From: Peribolospora baueri
Lineage: Eukaryota
NCBI GenBank assembly: GCA_029717555.1
Contig: JAMDHS010000050.1
Location: 62,001-126,000 of the forward strand
Length of the DNA: 64,000 bases
Direction: 5' to 3'
Shown: positions 25,126 through 38,679 of the stretch, piece after piece
Numbering within the stretch: the stretch's first letter is position 1
How the letters are laid out: each line of letters begins with the position of its first letter
Made by a program: the position numbers and the translations under genes
The notes under the pieces: generated by a model
Databases searched by the model: none
What the model saw: the letters and a program-made list of their open reading frames with translations, nothing else
Told to the model about the DNA's origin: nothing

Positions 25126-26448
25126 ATGAGCGCCTCCCTCAACCGGTCCGATCACGTCCTCATCTTGGGTGCCGGCGTCTTTGGCCTCTCCACCGCCCTT
25201 CATCTCGTCCAGGGAGGATTCTCGGACATCACTCTCTTCGACCGCCAACCATATCTTACTAGCGCGTACGACTCGCTCGAAACGCAGACCGACGCGGCCT
25301 CCTGCGATCTCAACGAGATCGTCCGTGACACCTACGGCGCTGATCGCGACCTGCAGGATTCGCCTTCAAGGCGATGCGGGGTCGGGACGAGTGGGGGTGG
25401 CGAGAAGAGAAACTGTTCGTCGGGTGCGGGTACCTGCGCTTGGACGACCACCACACGCATCGTGAGCCGGAGAGCAGCGATCTCGCCTTGCTGGAAGCTC
25501 AAGGATTGAGCTCGACCCAGTCCGACATCCACGATGAAATGGACCGCAAAATAGCTTTCGCGACCGGCTGGACGCACAAGCTCGACTGCATAAGCAGGCT
25601 CGAGAGGGGTTTACCCACCATCGGTGTTCTGGATACCACTGCCGGATTTGTCCGCGCGAGCCGGGCGTGCGTCTATGTCCTGAATCAGATCCGAAACATT
25701 CCTGCGCTGGCTGGACGACGCACCCAGCCGTGTGGGGTTTCTGACCCGAAACGGAAGAGAGCACATCGGCGCTCTCGAGTCGTCGTCGCAGCCAGCCCTG
25801 GACTCATTCCATCATACGCGAACTGCGTGCCATGGTCGAAGCGATGTCCGGAAACATGGCCATCCTGCAAATCCCCAAGGGCCGCCCGGACCTCATCCAA
25901 AAGTATTCCAGCGAGAACATGCCCGTCGTGATGTGGAAAGCGGGCCACGCCATCGAGCGCGAGCCGGGAGGAGTGATTTACTTCTTCTCGGTCGACTTGG
26001 ACGGCCTGTTGAATATCGGCTTCAGAGGTTCCCAAGTGGACGAACCTCAGTCTGATCGACAGGGCCTCTCTGTCCCAGTCACGGTGGCGACGGCGCTGCC
26101 AGACCTCGTCCAAGCCGGTTCTCAAATCGTCAAGACCCGGCTGTGCTGGTACACTGATACCTTCTACCACGACTGGTTTATCTTTCCTCATCCCGACCGC
26201 CCGGACATCATCATCTGCACTGGCGGCTCAGGACACGGGTTCAAAATCCTTCCCGTCCTCGGCGGGTCACGACGGCGGATGTGCTTGAGAGCCGCGCGTC
26301 CGTGTACACGAGGAGGTTCCGCTGGGGGACCACGAGCGAGTTTCCGGACGCGGTTGAACACGAGCGCAATCCCATCTGGGAAGGCGTGGCGGGGCCGCGC
26401 GCGTTGAGCAAGCAAGAGCTTGCCGGGGAGGATCTTTTCACGTTCTGA
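25126..26448 (+). pseudogene. Frameshifted FAD-dependent amine oxidase (sarcosine/pipecolate/fructosyl-amino-acid oxidase family)
   Basis: VLILGAGVFGLSTALHL; AASCDLNEIVRDTYG; GVLDTTAGFVRASRAC; RLCWYTDT; CTGGSGHGFKILPVLG spread over several frames without obvious splice signals at the shifts. Confidence 0.8.
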
Positions 26449-27655
26449 GCGGTGAGGACGCTCACGATGACATCCCCCCGACTTGCTGCACGCTGGACAA
26501 CACTGGGCTGCTTCGCAGGCTGCATTGACCTCGGTGGGGACCCATAGATATGTCACTATCAGCAGAAGGAGAGATCGTTAAAGTCTCTATGACACTGTAC
26601 AGGGACGGCGTCTCGCCTCGCTCAATGCTGCGATAGTCCGCAGTGCGACTCATTATGCCCAGCTGCCCCCCCCTCCTTTGCTTCTTTCCTTCTTCCCCCT
26701 ATCCTCACAGCATGGCATCAAGTCTAGGTGTCAAGGTAGCCAGCTCTGCGTCGCTGTCCCGGATGACAGACATTATACCATGCTGTGACAAACGCCCTTA
26801 ATATATGAAAAGGCCCCCAACCCCCTCCCTCCAACTTCCCCAAACAGCTGGACGAGATACGCCAGAGGAAAGGCCGCAATGTGGGACTGTAAAGGATGGG
26901 AGTCCAGCAAGGAACAGAAAGGCGCCCGTGAAGGACTGCAAAAGCAAGACTGCAATGATGGACGACGGCGACACAAAGGGTGACGACTGCTAAGAGTGCA
27001 CACCAGAATGTATGCCTTCACCGAATGCAAACAAGCCCGGAGCAGTGGAAAGAGGAACGTCCTAGCACTTCAACCGAAACGCCTCATCAGAGCGCACGAC
27101 CGGCAGCCTAGGTCACTCGCGGAGTTGACAAAGGATCAACAAAGCGAGAGGTCTCCGCGTCCGTCAAGAGCTCCTCGCTGGTACTCATGTTGCTGAACCC
27201 AAGACGGCAAAGGAAGTGCCCCAAGCGCTTCCTCCGCCGCTCTCCTCGTTAACTCGGCAAACGATATCCCCACGGACACGGAATCCGAACAGAATCGTGC
27301 AAGTAAAATAAACCGTCTATTGTGCAGAACAAGGTCGGGGGCCTCGTCCTCTACGTCGACACGAGACCGTATCGCATTCATCACCTGCCCTCACGTTCGA
27401 GAGCCACGTGCACAAGATCAACGAAGAAGGCACAACCAGACACGTACGGTATCGAAGCGCCTGGCTCGCCCTCTTCCATCGCCCGCAAGGTGCAACCAAG
27501 GACGGACATTCATCTCCCCCGCGATGCCCCGCCAAACGCCTACCTTTCACCACGCAGCAATCGAAACCATCTCGTACGACAGCAGGGAAAGGAGCCCACG
27601 AACCGTTAAGAAACCTTGCCGCACCTCCCAGCGTACTATCGCAAGCGATCCTACC

Positions 27656-30600
27656 TCAGGAAGAGGACGCGCCCCTCTTCTTCTCCTCTCGCCGCTTGCT
27701 CTCGACTTCCTTCAGAAGTCCATCTACTGCTTTCGTGCTACGTTCGCGAAAAAATCGAAGAGAAGAGAATGAAGGCCCCCAAAGTACGTCAATTCCCGTC
27801 GCTCTGTGCAGCAAACCGATGACAAACAGCCACCAGCCATGTCCATTTGCCTGTCAAGTCGCTCCACTCACAGGAGATGGGGCGGCAGGCCGATGAGAAT
27901 CTCTTCGACTCTCCGCTGGAGCTCCTCGGCTTCCGCGCCTGCACGATGTGCATACTCCTTAGCGAGCCTGTAGATGGCAAGCACAGCCAAAGACAAATGC
28001 GTCTGATGGCTGGCGAAAGGGCTCGCACTGCTGCTCGCCGCCTCGGCGAGAGGCTTTCCGAGCTGGCTCTGCGACACAGTCGAAGCGCGCTCACCGCGCA
28101 CCAGGCGCAGAACAATCTCCATCAGCCCATCCGTATCGGCGAGATAGGTCGCAACGAAGGACCGACGAGAGTCTGGGTCGCTTAGGTACGATGCTCGGTC
28201 CGAGTCACCTGACCACGTGTCAAGGAAGTCGTGGAGAGTGGGCGCCTAATATAGAGAATAAGGAAATGGTCAAAGAGAATCAGATAGAGATTCTTGAGAG
28301 CGGGTCATCGTCAAAAAAAACGCACAGGATCGGGATCGACGACGTGAATCTTGCCCATCCAACCCCACTCTCCCTCTCCGAGGTCCTTGCGCTGATCCCA
28401 TCCTTGAAGCTGATGAAGCCACTCCTCCATATCCCCCGTCTTCAGCCACTTTGGCTCCGTCAAGGGGTTCTCGCGATTGAGATGCGCGACGACGAGGAGC
28501 GAACGTTCGTCGTTGGGAAGGTTATGCAGAGGAGGAAGAGAGGCGTCCCCCTCCTCCACAGAGACGGAAGGTGTGACCTTGCCGTCAGGGCCAGCACCAT
28601 TCGTGAACGCAGCAGCAGCAGTGGCAGCGTCCTCAGCCGATACGTCGGCGGCAGCAGCCAAGGGCTGAGCGCGTGTGTTATACAGCTCTTCAAGCCTTTG
28701 GCGCGAGACAGCCACGAACTGACCGTCCTCCTTGTCCCGCGTTTCGAACTATATGAAAAAAGATATTGGAAACACAAGAAGAAATTGTGTGAGTTCCGCA
28801 TTCAACCGGAGGCCAGCTGTGACGACTGAAGCGAGAGATCGGCCCCCTCACCAGCAAACCGCGGACGAAACTCCACCCGCTCCACGGGTCTTCCTCTGCC
28901 GCCGCCGGTGTGCTACTCTTCTTGGCCTTCTTGACAGCCTTGAGTTCGCGAACCTCCGGCGGGGGCCTCTCAACGCTGAGGCGCATCTCGATGCGGCCTT
29001 CCTTGCGGAAGACCTTGATGCTCTGGACGATGTCCGCGTCGATGTGAACGCGACGCTTCGAGCCCGCGTAGGAGATGATGAGACGGTTGAACGCCGGCTG
29101 AGGTGGACCTTTGGTGCGCGGCTTTGCAGGCGACTCGGCGGTCGAAGGAGTGGTCTCGGTTTTCGATTCTGAGATAGAGATGGCAGAAGATGAAGCAGAA
29201 GGGTTCCCCTCAGACTTTGTCGCCGGCGCCTGTTGCTCTTCTCCTTCCTGCGTGCCCTTGTCCATCTCCATAGCATCGGCCATCGCTTCGGCAGTCTCCT
29301 CTTTCGCCGTCGTTCCTTCTCCAGTCTCCCCCTCTCCTTCCCCAGTCTCCATCTCGTTTCCCGTCACCGTCGTGGCCTCTGCCTCCATGTCCTCATCCCG
29401 AGGCGGAATATCCGAGACCTCCAAGGCCTTCGCAGCCGCCTCGGCGTCAGTACGGTCTTCCTCCTCGTCTTCCCTCTTCTCCGCGGCCGCCCTCTCCGCC
29501 GTCTTGGGCGATTCTGCGTCAGCGAGCGCTCTCTTCCTCCTCTCCGCCTCCTTCACAGCTTGAACCTTCTGCGCGGCCGTCAAGCTAGCAAAGTAAATGC
29601 GCAGACGGCAAGTCTCCTTGCCCTCCTTGGTGTTCCCATGCGCCAGCGCCCTGCTCGGATGGCCCATTTTCTGAGCTCGGGAGCCTTTGGGACCGGTAGG
29701 GATCGGCGTCGGGGCAACAGAAACGCCCACGTCCACTTCTTCGGACGCCTTCACGGAGGCCGAGTCGGGGGCAGTGGCGCTCTCGGCGACCGACTCCGTC
29801 TCCACTCCACCCTCTGCTTCGGAACTGGCTTTCTGAGAAGCGTCTGCTCCGTTGACGGCGGCTTGGCCTCCGTCCTCTTGCTCGCCGCCCGCATGTCGCC
29901 CCACCTGGACATCCATGCCCTCGCCCGTCTCGCCCTCATTGAACCCCTCCTCCAGCTGCTGCGTCTGAGACTCTGACGCCTTCTCCTTCGTCGCCGGACC
30001 ATCAAGGGTCCACTCCCAGTTCACCTGGGCGATCTCCAAAGCCCTGATCCTGAAGTCTGTGAAAGTTCGCTTACTCCCCGGAGGCGCCGCGCTCTCGCGA
30101 TCCTCACGAAGAGCTCCGCTCGTTGCCCCTCGGCCCGTAGGCTTGCCGCGGCCTGGCGAGTCGGCAAAACCACCTCGAGTGGCACCACCACTGCGAGTCC
30201 CGCCGCGCATGGAGGAGCGCGGGCCGAGAGGCGCAGCGTTCTGCTCGCTGAGAGTTAATCCGTTCGGTCCCGAATTCACCCCGCCACCTCTGCCGCCGCG
30301 CCCCGCTCCGTTGATCATCCCGCCGCGACCACCGGGACCGGCACCAGGGCCGCCGGCGAAACCTGGCTTGGACCCGACTCCAAGCATGACACCCCCACTT
30401 GCCGTCCTACCAGACGGGCCGAGGGGCGCTCCAACAACGCCACCACCACGTCCACCACGAGAAGCCGGCAAACCTGCTCGAGCCATAGGTCCAGTTGGAA
30501 ACCCAGCTCTACCTCCAACGCCTCCGGCGAAACCGCCCCTTGAACCTCCCCCACGAAAACCGGGCATCCCTCCACGCGCGCTCGGCGAACCCATACTTTC

Positions 30601-31566
30601 CATGCCCGCACCTCCCCCAAATACCGCCCCAGTACCATGCATACCGCCCCTTCCGACACCGCTGCCGCCGACAAAACCACCCGGAACACCTCCCCTTCCT
30701 GGCCCAGGTCCAGGTCCAGGCCCTCCCATCGCCGCGGGGCCGGAGGAAACCATCCCACCCACCGTTCCTGTCGCACCGGGGGCACCGGGCCATCCAAAGC
30801 TCTGAGGATGGGCTCCACTGGCAGGAGAAGGACTATGGACGGATCGTGTTCCCGCAGCCGGTGGAGTGGGAGTTACTGGGGAAGGAGAGCCGAAGAAGCT
30901 TGGCTGAGTTGGTCCACCCGGCCCAGGAGCAGGAGCGCCGCCGGGTACATAACCGCCGCTGTTACTGCCGCCGCCAGCCGCGTCAAAGCGAGGACGCTTT
31001 GCTGGAGGCCCTGCGAAGCCAGGAGAAGCCTGGTGCTGAGTGCTGCCTCCTCCGTAGGGCGGCTGATGGGCTTGAGGTGCTCCGCCTCCCCAATGCTGCT
31101 GTTGCGGCGGGTGGGGCTGGTTCTGAGCGCCATAGCCGTATGCGGAGTAATCATGAGCCGGACCGCTTGCCTGCTGCTGCTGAGGGCCGTACTGAAGTCG
31201 CTGCGTCTGCGTCTGCTGGACTGGAGGCTGATGATACTGACCAGGATACGCCGCGCCCGCCGGCGACGGTTGTTGGACGCCGGGTTGCTGAGGGGTGTAA
31301 GGCTGTGTGACAGAAGCCTGGTGAGGTTGGGAGGCGGGTTGAGAGGAGGCGGCCGCTTGGGCGGCGTAGTATGCCGCCCACTGTTGTTGATATTGAGTTT
31401 GCTGAGCTTGGACGTGTTGAGCTAAATGTAGGGAGAAATAGGGCAGGGCAGGGAAGGATCGCCCGAAGGCGTTCGTCAGTTCGCCGGTTATCGTGAAAGA
31501 GATCACAAGCCCGCACGCTGACAATGCGCATGTGCAAATGGAGCTCACCGTTCGCCCCGTAGCCAT
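27656..31566 (-). CDS. Large uncharacterised protein: Q/Y/P-rich N-terminus, Gly/RGG tract, acidic linkers and folded-looking C-terminal blocks; about 5 exons
   Basis: Very long ORF; blocks KRTFTDFRIRALEIAQVNWEW, CRLRIYF, NRLIISYAGSKRRVHID, PLTEPKWLKTGD, GKIHVVDPDP, LMEIVLRLVRGER; canonical introns join them to TGA at 27656. Confidence 0.8.
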
Positions 31567-31994
31567 AGTTTGCGTATGGATCGTTCTGTTGGGCGGGAGG
31601 CGGTCCACCGGACAGCGGTGGTTGGTTATACGAAGCCGCCGGCGCGGACGGTTGCTGCCCGCCGCCGTAGGGAAACGATCTGAGGGCGTGTAGCGGGAGG
31701 AGAGCGGTAAGCGACCAGCTCTACGCTCTTTCTTCTCTGTGTCTCTCTCCCTTTGCACGCTAACTCGCTTCTTCCTTACCTTTTCATCTCCCCAACTAGT
31801 GGTTGATGATGAGCACGACGTGGAGAGTTCTGAGTTGCACAACGAGCCGGTTGGCGAAGGAGAGGCGGGGCGGCGTGCGAACCCTCGACTGCGGCGACCT
31901 CGCACAAGCGCTCCCGCTGGCCGTACAAGGAAGGGAGCACAGACCACGAAGACGATGCAAGTTAAGGACTGGAAAGAGCAGTCGAGCTCGTACC

Positions 31995-32891
31995 ATGTCA
32001 CAGTCTTCCCTTCGCATCCTATCGGTTGCCTACATAGGCCCTCGTAATAACCCTCTCTACGTGCGCAACTTCACCGCCGCTGAAGGACCGCAGGCGGACC
32101 TCAAGTTCGCCTACGTTGCTCACTCGGCGCTGGACGTGATTGAAGAGAGGGGTAAGTGGGGGAGCGGACTCGAGAAAAGGGAAAACTCGTTGAGGCGGGT
32201 AGGGGGCGAGCGGTTGATTCTGATGAGAAGTCTCTTTCGTTTCGCTCCATGTCCCCAGCCAGCCAATCATTCGACCAGTACCTCGGCCTGCTCTTCACCC
32301 TCGAAGACCTGGCAATGTGAGCGAAAGCTACTATTGCGTCCTCATCCCTTGTCTGCCTCCTTGACCTTTTTGATTTGTTTCCTTCTGATTTGCGCGTTTG
32401 CTCGTACAGCTATGGATACCACGCAGCGACGAAAGTCAAGATCATTGTTGTGCTCGCCCTGGCCGATGCCCTTATCAAGGACTCGGACATGATGACGGTG
32501 CGTGCGTGTGGCCATGGCGTGACGTTTCATTTGTTCCACGCTATGCTTCATCAAGGCAAGAGTGTCTATTTTCTTGGAAAGCTATGCTCATCGTGGATTG
32601 CTTCCTACTTTTCGTGCCAACATCTCACCACAGATCTTCAAGGCCCTTCACACAATTTACATTTCCTACCTATCCTCTCCCTTCCACGACCTCCCCGTCT
32701 CCTCCTTTGGCCCCTCCGCAACAGACACATCTGCCCGATCAACGACAAAAACAGCAGCACCAGCGCCGCCGGCCTCTTTGCATCACGACGTGCCCCCCAA
32801 CTCGCGCCCGATACAGAGTAAGAAGTTCGATCGGTTGGTGGAGGACATTGCCGGTTGGAAGAGGCCGTTGCCTCCGCCTCCACCAGCATAG
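31995..32891 (+). CDS. TRAPPC2L: Sedlin-like TRAPP subunit (TRAPPC2L/Tca17-like); 4 exons
   Basis: LRILSVAYIGPRNNPLYVRNF; LKFAYVAHSALDVIEER; DQYLGLLFTLEDLA; YGYHAATKVKIIVVL; IFKALHTIYISYLSSPF. Confidence 0.88.
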
Positions 32892-34070
32892 ACGCGAGCG
32901 GCAGCGGCCTTGTGATGGGCTTGCCGAGGGTACGAGTTGCTGAGGGAAGGGCGCGGGGAGCATGGACGCACCCATGCACGACGGTGCCGCAGGGAGTGAC
33001 GAATAAAGGGCCTTCATTGCACGATGGAGAAGTAAGATGACTGATCATGCCGCGTTCCGCTGGTATGGATGATGGATGCCCTTCTTCTTTCACGACCTGC
33101 TTGCGTCGCGAGACCGGAGCATGGATGAGACTCCTGGGTCGACCCGTGCTCCCGCCCGAGGCGCGACCTCCCCCCTGCTCTAACATCCAGACAGGCCTTG
33201 CGTGATCGTCGCGATTGTCCATCTCTTTCGCTGTCCCCGCATCCAACTTTGTCCCTCCTCTTATTCCTAATCATCACCACGGTGTCTCTATCGAGCCCCA
33301 GTCGCTTTTCTTCGGAGACACTCCGAGGAGAAAGGTCCATGACTGGCTGGTTCGTCAGTGTCGTCTTCGGACGACAGACACCCAGATCGAAGAGCGCCCT
33401 TCTATTGGCCCGGCTCCGAAGACGGTGGCAGTCGTGGACAGATACGGGGCGCACAGTCTCATCAGCAATACCACTTTTTGTTCTCCTTTTTCTTTGGAAA
33501 TCCGTCCGTTTGGTCGCCACCTGAAGTGCATACGAAAGCACTCGCTGGGTCGGCGCAGCTTTTGGCCGCCGCTGCACAGTACACACGCTAGTAGAGCACA
33601 CTGGGCTCAAAAGTCCCCTGGTCTAATCTTACGTATCGCGCGCGCCCCTTCGCACGTCCTCCAAGCCCGTCTTTGGAATTGAGATACGGTATGGCGGAGC
33701 GAGGAGCCGTCTTCCATTCGGTCACCGGAAGGATGAGACGCGGTGGCGCAGAAGCGACTCTCTTCGTTTCGAAGCTTATGTCTAGGGTTCGGGTACGAAC
33801 GCCAACAACAAAAGAGGAAGAGAAAGCAGACAAAAACGAGAAGGAACAGATAGAATACAAGTCATTCATCACCCTAACGCCGTCATCGGGCCAATTCGAT
33901 GGGGGGGGGGGTCATCACGGGTCATCACAAGAATGAGGGAAGGAGGAACTGAGAGAGCTCATGGGGGGTGAAGAGAATGCGAAGCCAGCCCTGACCCGGA
34001 GGCTGTCGGGGGAGAAAGAGATAGGAGACAAGGGCAAGAGATGGAAGGAAACACGAGGAGGGAAGGAGTA

Positions 34071-34529
34071 TCAGGCCGCTGCGTTCTCCTTGCCTGCCGC
34101 GTTGAAGAGAGCTGTCGGCTTTCCCCTGCAGTAAGCGAAACGAAGAGGTCAGTGGCCTGCCGCTGGACCCCGTATTGCCAGGATAGAGGCAGAGAAAAGA
34201 CGAGCCGACTCCGGCGGCCAGACAAAAACTTACTTGTTGAAGTGCTTCTTCTTGGAAGAGTTGAGCTTTGCCGTGCAAGGCGAGACAACGTTGTCGGACG
34301 GAGAGTAAAAGGTTTGCCTGAGAGTGTTCGAAGGTCGTCGTCTTATTAGCACACGGTCGGTCACCCTCGGCTCTCTTACTCGTCCCAGAGAAACGCACCC
34401 GTCTCCCTTCATTTGCCTTGCTGCTGCGACGAGGCGGTGGAGGGGTTCGATAGTGTTCGCCGAGGAGGCGTTAGAGCTGAGAGAGTTGGGGGACGGGTTC
34501 TGAGAGGACATCGTGGACTGAGAAGACAT
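34071..34529 (-). CDS. SPO12: Spo12-family mitotic-exit (FEAR) regulator; 3 exons
   Basis: Signature YSPSDNVVSPCTAKLNSSKKKHFNK|GKPTALF in a small spliced ORF. Confidence 0.85.
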
Positions 34530-35555
34530 GGTTGCGCAGGTCGTTGGGCAGCACTCAAGCTCGGGGTTTTGTCTTAGAGGGGGAAGGATGGGTGCGAGGA
34601 TGCGTGAGAGACGTGAGAGTGAGGGGGAGAGAACGAAGGAAGCAACGCGAGCTCAACCCTTTCCTTAAAGCCAGCGCAAGTTGGCTCACTTTCGCGCCTG
34701 CCCGCGTTCAACTTCTACGTCACGTGCCCCGCCGTCGACCCGCCCCCCGATCAGCGATGACGACGACGACAATGACACGACCACGACAATGGATCATGGT
34801 GGCTTTGGCCACCAGGTAGCCGAAAGGTGGGACGAGAAGAGCAATTGGCATCTGAGATCGTCCCCGTCGCCGCTTCTGCCGTCCACTTCCTCGCCCAGGT
34901 ATCTTCGTCTTTGCTCCAGTTGCAAGCAACCACCTTGGGGTCTGCATGAACCACTGTGACGTCCATGCCATACCCCGTTCTCGAGCCAAGCGACAAGCCC
35001 CGGGCTTGACAGGTTCCACTCAACCCCACCTCCTCTAAAGCTTTCTTCCCTATAGCTTCAAGACCTTTCCTTCCACCCAGACAGTCTCATCGTTCACGCC
35101 AAGAAGCTCTCAAAGCCGCGTAGCCACGTTTCTGACCCGTCAAGGAGACTTAAACTGTCTCGTGAGCACTCGCTTTGGCCGATCTCGCCGCCCGATCAGC
35201 GAACAGAGTCGTAGAAGGCAGACGGGAGGGGAAAGAAAGTGTCGCATATGTACCCACAAAGAAACGACTCGCTGGACGAGCTCGATGGCAGACGTTGTAG
35301 CGGTGCATGGCTAATGTACGAACGCACGTCGCTGGGACGTTACGTAGGAACTGAAAAGAGGTAAAGAAAGAAAGAAAAAGCGCAGTATGGACAAAGAAAG
35401 CGGAGCACGGAAAGAGACGCCACTGGAAGGGAACGGGAGAGAAGGGAGGGTGAGCGAGGCGGACGATGATGCTGACGTCCACCCTTGGTGCAACAGCCGG
35501 CCTCGTCGAACCTAGCTAAAGGGGCGGCTCCTCTCAACTTACCTTCATGCATAAA

Positions 35556-36286
35556 TCAAGCCCAAACACCGAAGTGGAAAAGCAACCCCACTACTCCCAC
35601 CGCCAACCAAGCCACTATTAGAGCACCAGCACCAGTACCAGCGCCACCAGTGAATCCACCGCCAAGCCCTGCCCCGAGCGCCACGCCGCCGTTACTGGAG
35701 GCGGAAGAAGATGTGGAGGAGGGGAGGACAGAGGCTTGTGTCGTCCTCGAAGCGGAGGGCGAAACCGTGGGAGAGGCTGCTGTAGAGGTTGCCGAAGACC
35801 CGCCACCGCCCGCGCCAGAAGTCGCGGTTGTAGGCGTGGGAGGGCTCCTCGTCGGTTCTCCCTCCGAAATTCTGCTTCCTCCTGGGCTGGCTGGAACAGT
35901 ACTGAAACCGGTGCTGGTCAGACCGGGAGGCCCCGGCGGGACGAAGGTGGTGTAGGAAGCGAAGATGGAGGAGAGGACCGAGCCGCCGTTCGAGGCTGTT
36001 GTGGGTGTGGCAGCCTGTTGGTCAACAGGAGTCTGAAGGCATCCGAAGAGTGGAGGGCCGCGATGAAAAGAAGAGGTTGAACGATAGGACAGAAGTTAGT
36101 GCTTTGGGAAGGTCGACCCTTCAACGCAAGGCGGGTCCTCGTCATCGTCCGCTCTCAACAATAACAAGTGACAGGCTGACGCACCCTATTATCGATCGTA
36201 ACACTTTGAGCGCCCAAGAGCGTGCAAAGGACGCCAAGGACAAGGGCGAGAACTAGGGAAGGCGTCCGAAGGACGAGGACGTGCAT
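35556..36286 (-). CDS. Secreted Ser/Thr/Pro-rich protein with a probable GPI-anchor signal (cell-wall mannoprotein-like); 2 exons
   Basis: Signal-like MHVLVLRTPSLVLALVLGVLCTLLGAQS; S/T-rich body; SSNGG followed by hydrophobic tail ALIVAWLAVGVVGLLFHFGVWA. Confidence 0.75.
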
Positions 36287-36666
36287 CTTGAAGTGCAGTC
36301 GCGCACTTCTAGTTGGAGGAGCGAGCGTGGGGTGCCGAAGGCGTAGACGAGATTTAGGTCGTTGTCGTCTCAGGGAAGGAGATGGAGGTGGACGTCCGGA
36401 TGGAGAGGAGGCAAGGTGGAGAGGAGCGACGCCCCGCTTTCTAATAATTCACAATCTTCATGTGACTGATTGACGATCGACGTGGAGCGCACACACGTGG
36501 AACTACCGGCTGTTGTGAATTACTATGTCATAAAAGATCATCCGCGGTCGTGAAAACTGGGGGGAAAAGATACACCGAGACGAGGAGAGCGGTCGCCATG
36601 GAATTACACAAAACGACCGGAATTGGGCTGGAAGGAACCACGATAACCACGACCAAGCTCGCTACT

Positions 36667-38227
36667 TCACGCCTCATCCAAAATAACCTCATTCAGCTCG
36701 GCCAGAGGGGCGAGTTCACGCTTGTCTATGAGGTCGAACTGTCGAGAAAATTGACCGGCACAGAAGCGAGCGAACCATGAGCGGTGAGCAGTCTTCCAAG
36801 CGGGCGGGCTTGCCGGGTGAAGACAGGAGTTCTTACCTCGTTGACAAAGAGGAGAAAGTGTCGATAGCTCGTGTTGAGGTGAGCTGGTCGAGAGCGGGTG
36901 GAATGAAGAGGTTAGCGAAGATCTTCTCTTTAAGAACAACCTAGAAGGCACCGCAATCTACCTGAGGCACATGCTCACCCTCGATGCTCAGAGCACAGAT
37001 CTGAGCGAAGTGGTGGTTATAGATGTGTGCATACACCCGGAAGAGTCGGCGGACAATCGACTTGACCGTATCTTGAAAGTTCTTCGGGAAGGAAACGCCT
37101 GTGCAGTGACAGATGGATGAGACCGGTACAGGTGAGTCTCCGGCTTGCCTCCTCTCTCTCCCTCTTCTACCATCCCCCTCCCCCTTCCCCGGTAATCAGC
37201 ACTGAACGAATTCACTCACCAATCTTGCTCGGAAACGTGGCCTCGTCGTCGAGAAGGCCCTGCACCCAAGTCATGAGGGCATCGACATACTCGGGAGCCG
37301 ACATCTTCGTCGGCTTCTTGTAGTTCACCCCATCCTGCCAGTGGTATTCGTATCTGATGGATTGGCAGGCGACAAGCCAAGACAGATGCAGTGAAGCGGT
37401 CAGACCAGCTTCGATTATAACATGAGAGTCCCCTTGGAGAAAGCATTCGGATGCTTACCTTGGACCAGCGCACATGATGGGACACTGTCGGAACGGAGGC
37501 CCGGTGATCCATGAGGCACAGGTGATCACTCAACGGCGAGATGGAGACCGATCGCTCACCTCTTGTGGTGTGCACGCTTCCGTGATGCAACCGTAGAGCA
37601 TGTTGAGATGGTTAAAGAAGTCGACAGCTGTGCGAGCCAGCCGGCAAAAGGGCAAAGAATGTACGGCTTCAACACCGCCTCGTTCACCCTCGACCTGGTA
37701 ACACCACCATCGCCAGCAAGAGTCTTGTCCAGCGGTGACCTTCCAGCGGCACCGTCGGCAAACTCCGTTTACGCCTCGCACGAAGCCCACAAACAACCCG
37801 AGAAGAACGCCGAACGGACTCACTGTTCACGGCCAACCATTCATTCAGGTCCTCCCCCTCCGGAAGTACGACCGCCAACCTCAAGTTTCCCGAGCCAAGT
37901 GTCGCCTCTGCGTACCTCTTGAGCTGGTACTGCTTCGTGCCTTCGGGCATGTTGCGCTTCGGCTTGAAGGTGCGCGTCTTCGAGCTGCGGGCGTGGAAGG
38001 TAGACGGGTTATCAGGTGAGAGGGCGCGACGAGAAGGAAAGAATTGGTCGGCACGAGCAGGTGGGAGGTGTCAGTCAGGAGGTCGTTCCGACCGCCCACA
38101 CCCCAAATTCTCAGTGGGGTTCCAACCAAAACAATGCTTGGCTCAGGGACGGCACGGGCAGCGCTGGTCGCCCTGGCCATGACACCGTGTTGTCGTAGTG
38201 CACTCACAGTCCAAAAAAGGAAGACAT
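36667..38227 (-). CDS. MOB1: MOB kinase activator 1; many short exons
   Basis: [96 protein letters not shown]. Confidence 0.97.
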
Positions 38228-38679
38228 GGTGACGGATGCTCGCCTCGACGCCGGTGGGAAATCAACGAAGAGACGAGAAGGTATCCGAGAAGACAAGCCA
38301 AGCACACTGGCAAATAAAAGCAAGAGGTGGCGTTGAATTGCCCGTCGCCGTTTCCCCGGCTCTTTCCAAGTGGTCAGGGGTGCGCTCGATCTCCATCCGC
38401 GTCGAGACGCGGGCCACTTGCCGCAGCACTCGCCGGCGTCGGATCGCCAGGTCGCCAAAGTATGGAGATACCTTTCGAAGCCGTCAACCTGATCAACCTC
38501 CTAAATGAAAACCAAAGCAGCAGTGCTCATTGACGAGTCATTTCAATGGGACATCCACTACAGGGAAGCATGTGGTGCATAACGTAGGGCTGAGCTCTAG
38601 TGGGACCTCGGGGTGCGGCGACGCCAAGTGGGACCACTCTGCAACCCGTCGGCAAAGCACTGACGAGGGGAGGGTGGAA

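Noticed and set aside
6731..26448. Methyltransferase, SAM synthetase and oxidase as a biosynthetic cluster
   Set aside because: Interspersed with housekeeping genes, no backbone enzyme, and the oxidase is broken.
26450..27650. Short ORFs between the oxidase pseudogene and the large hypothetical gene
   Set aside because: No recognisable motif or coherent exon chain.
29111..31425. Several long plus-strand ORFs over the large minus-strand gene (likewise over SEC7 and 21.5-23 kb)
   Set aside because: Antisense shadows of GC-rich coding sequence; no motifs or splice structure of their own.
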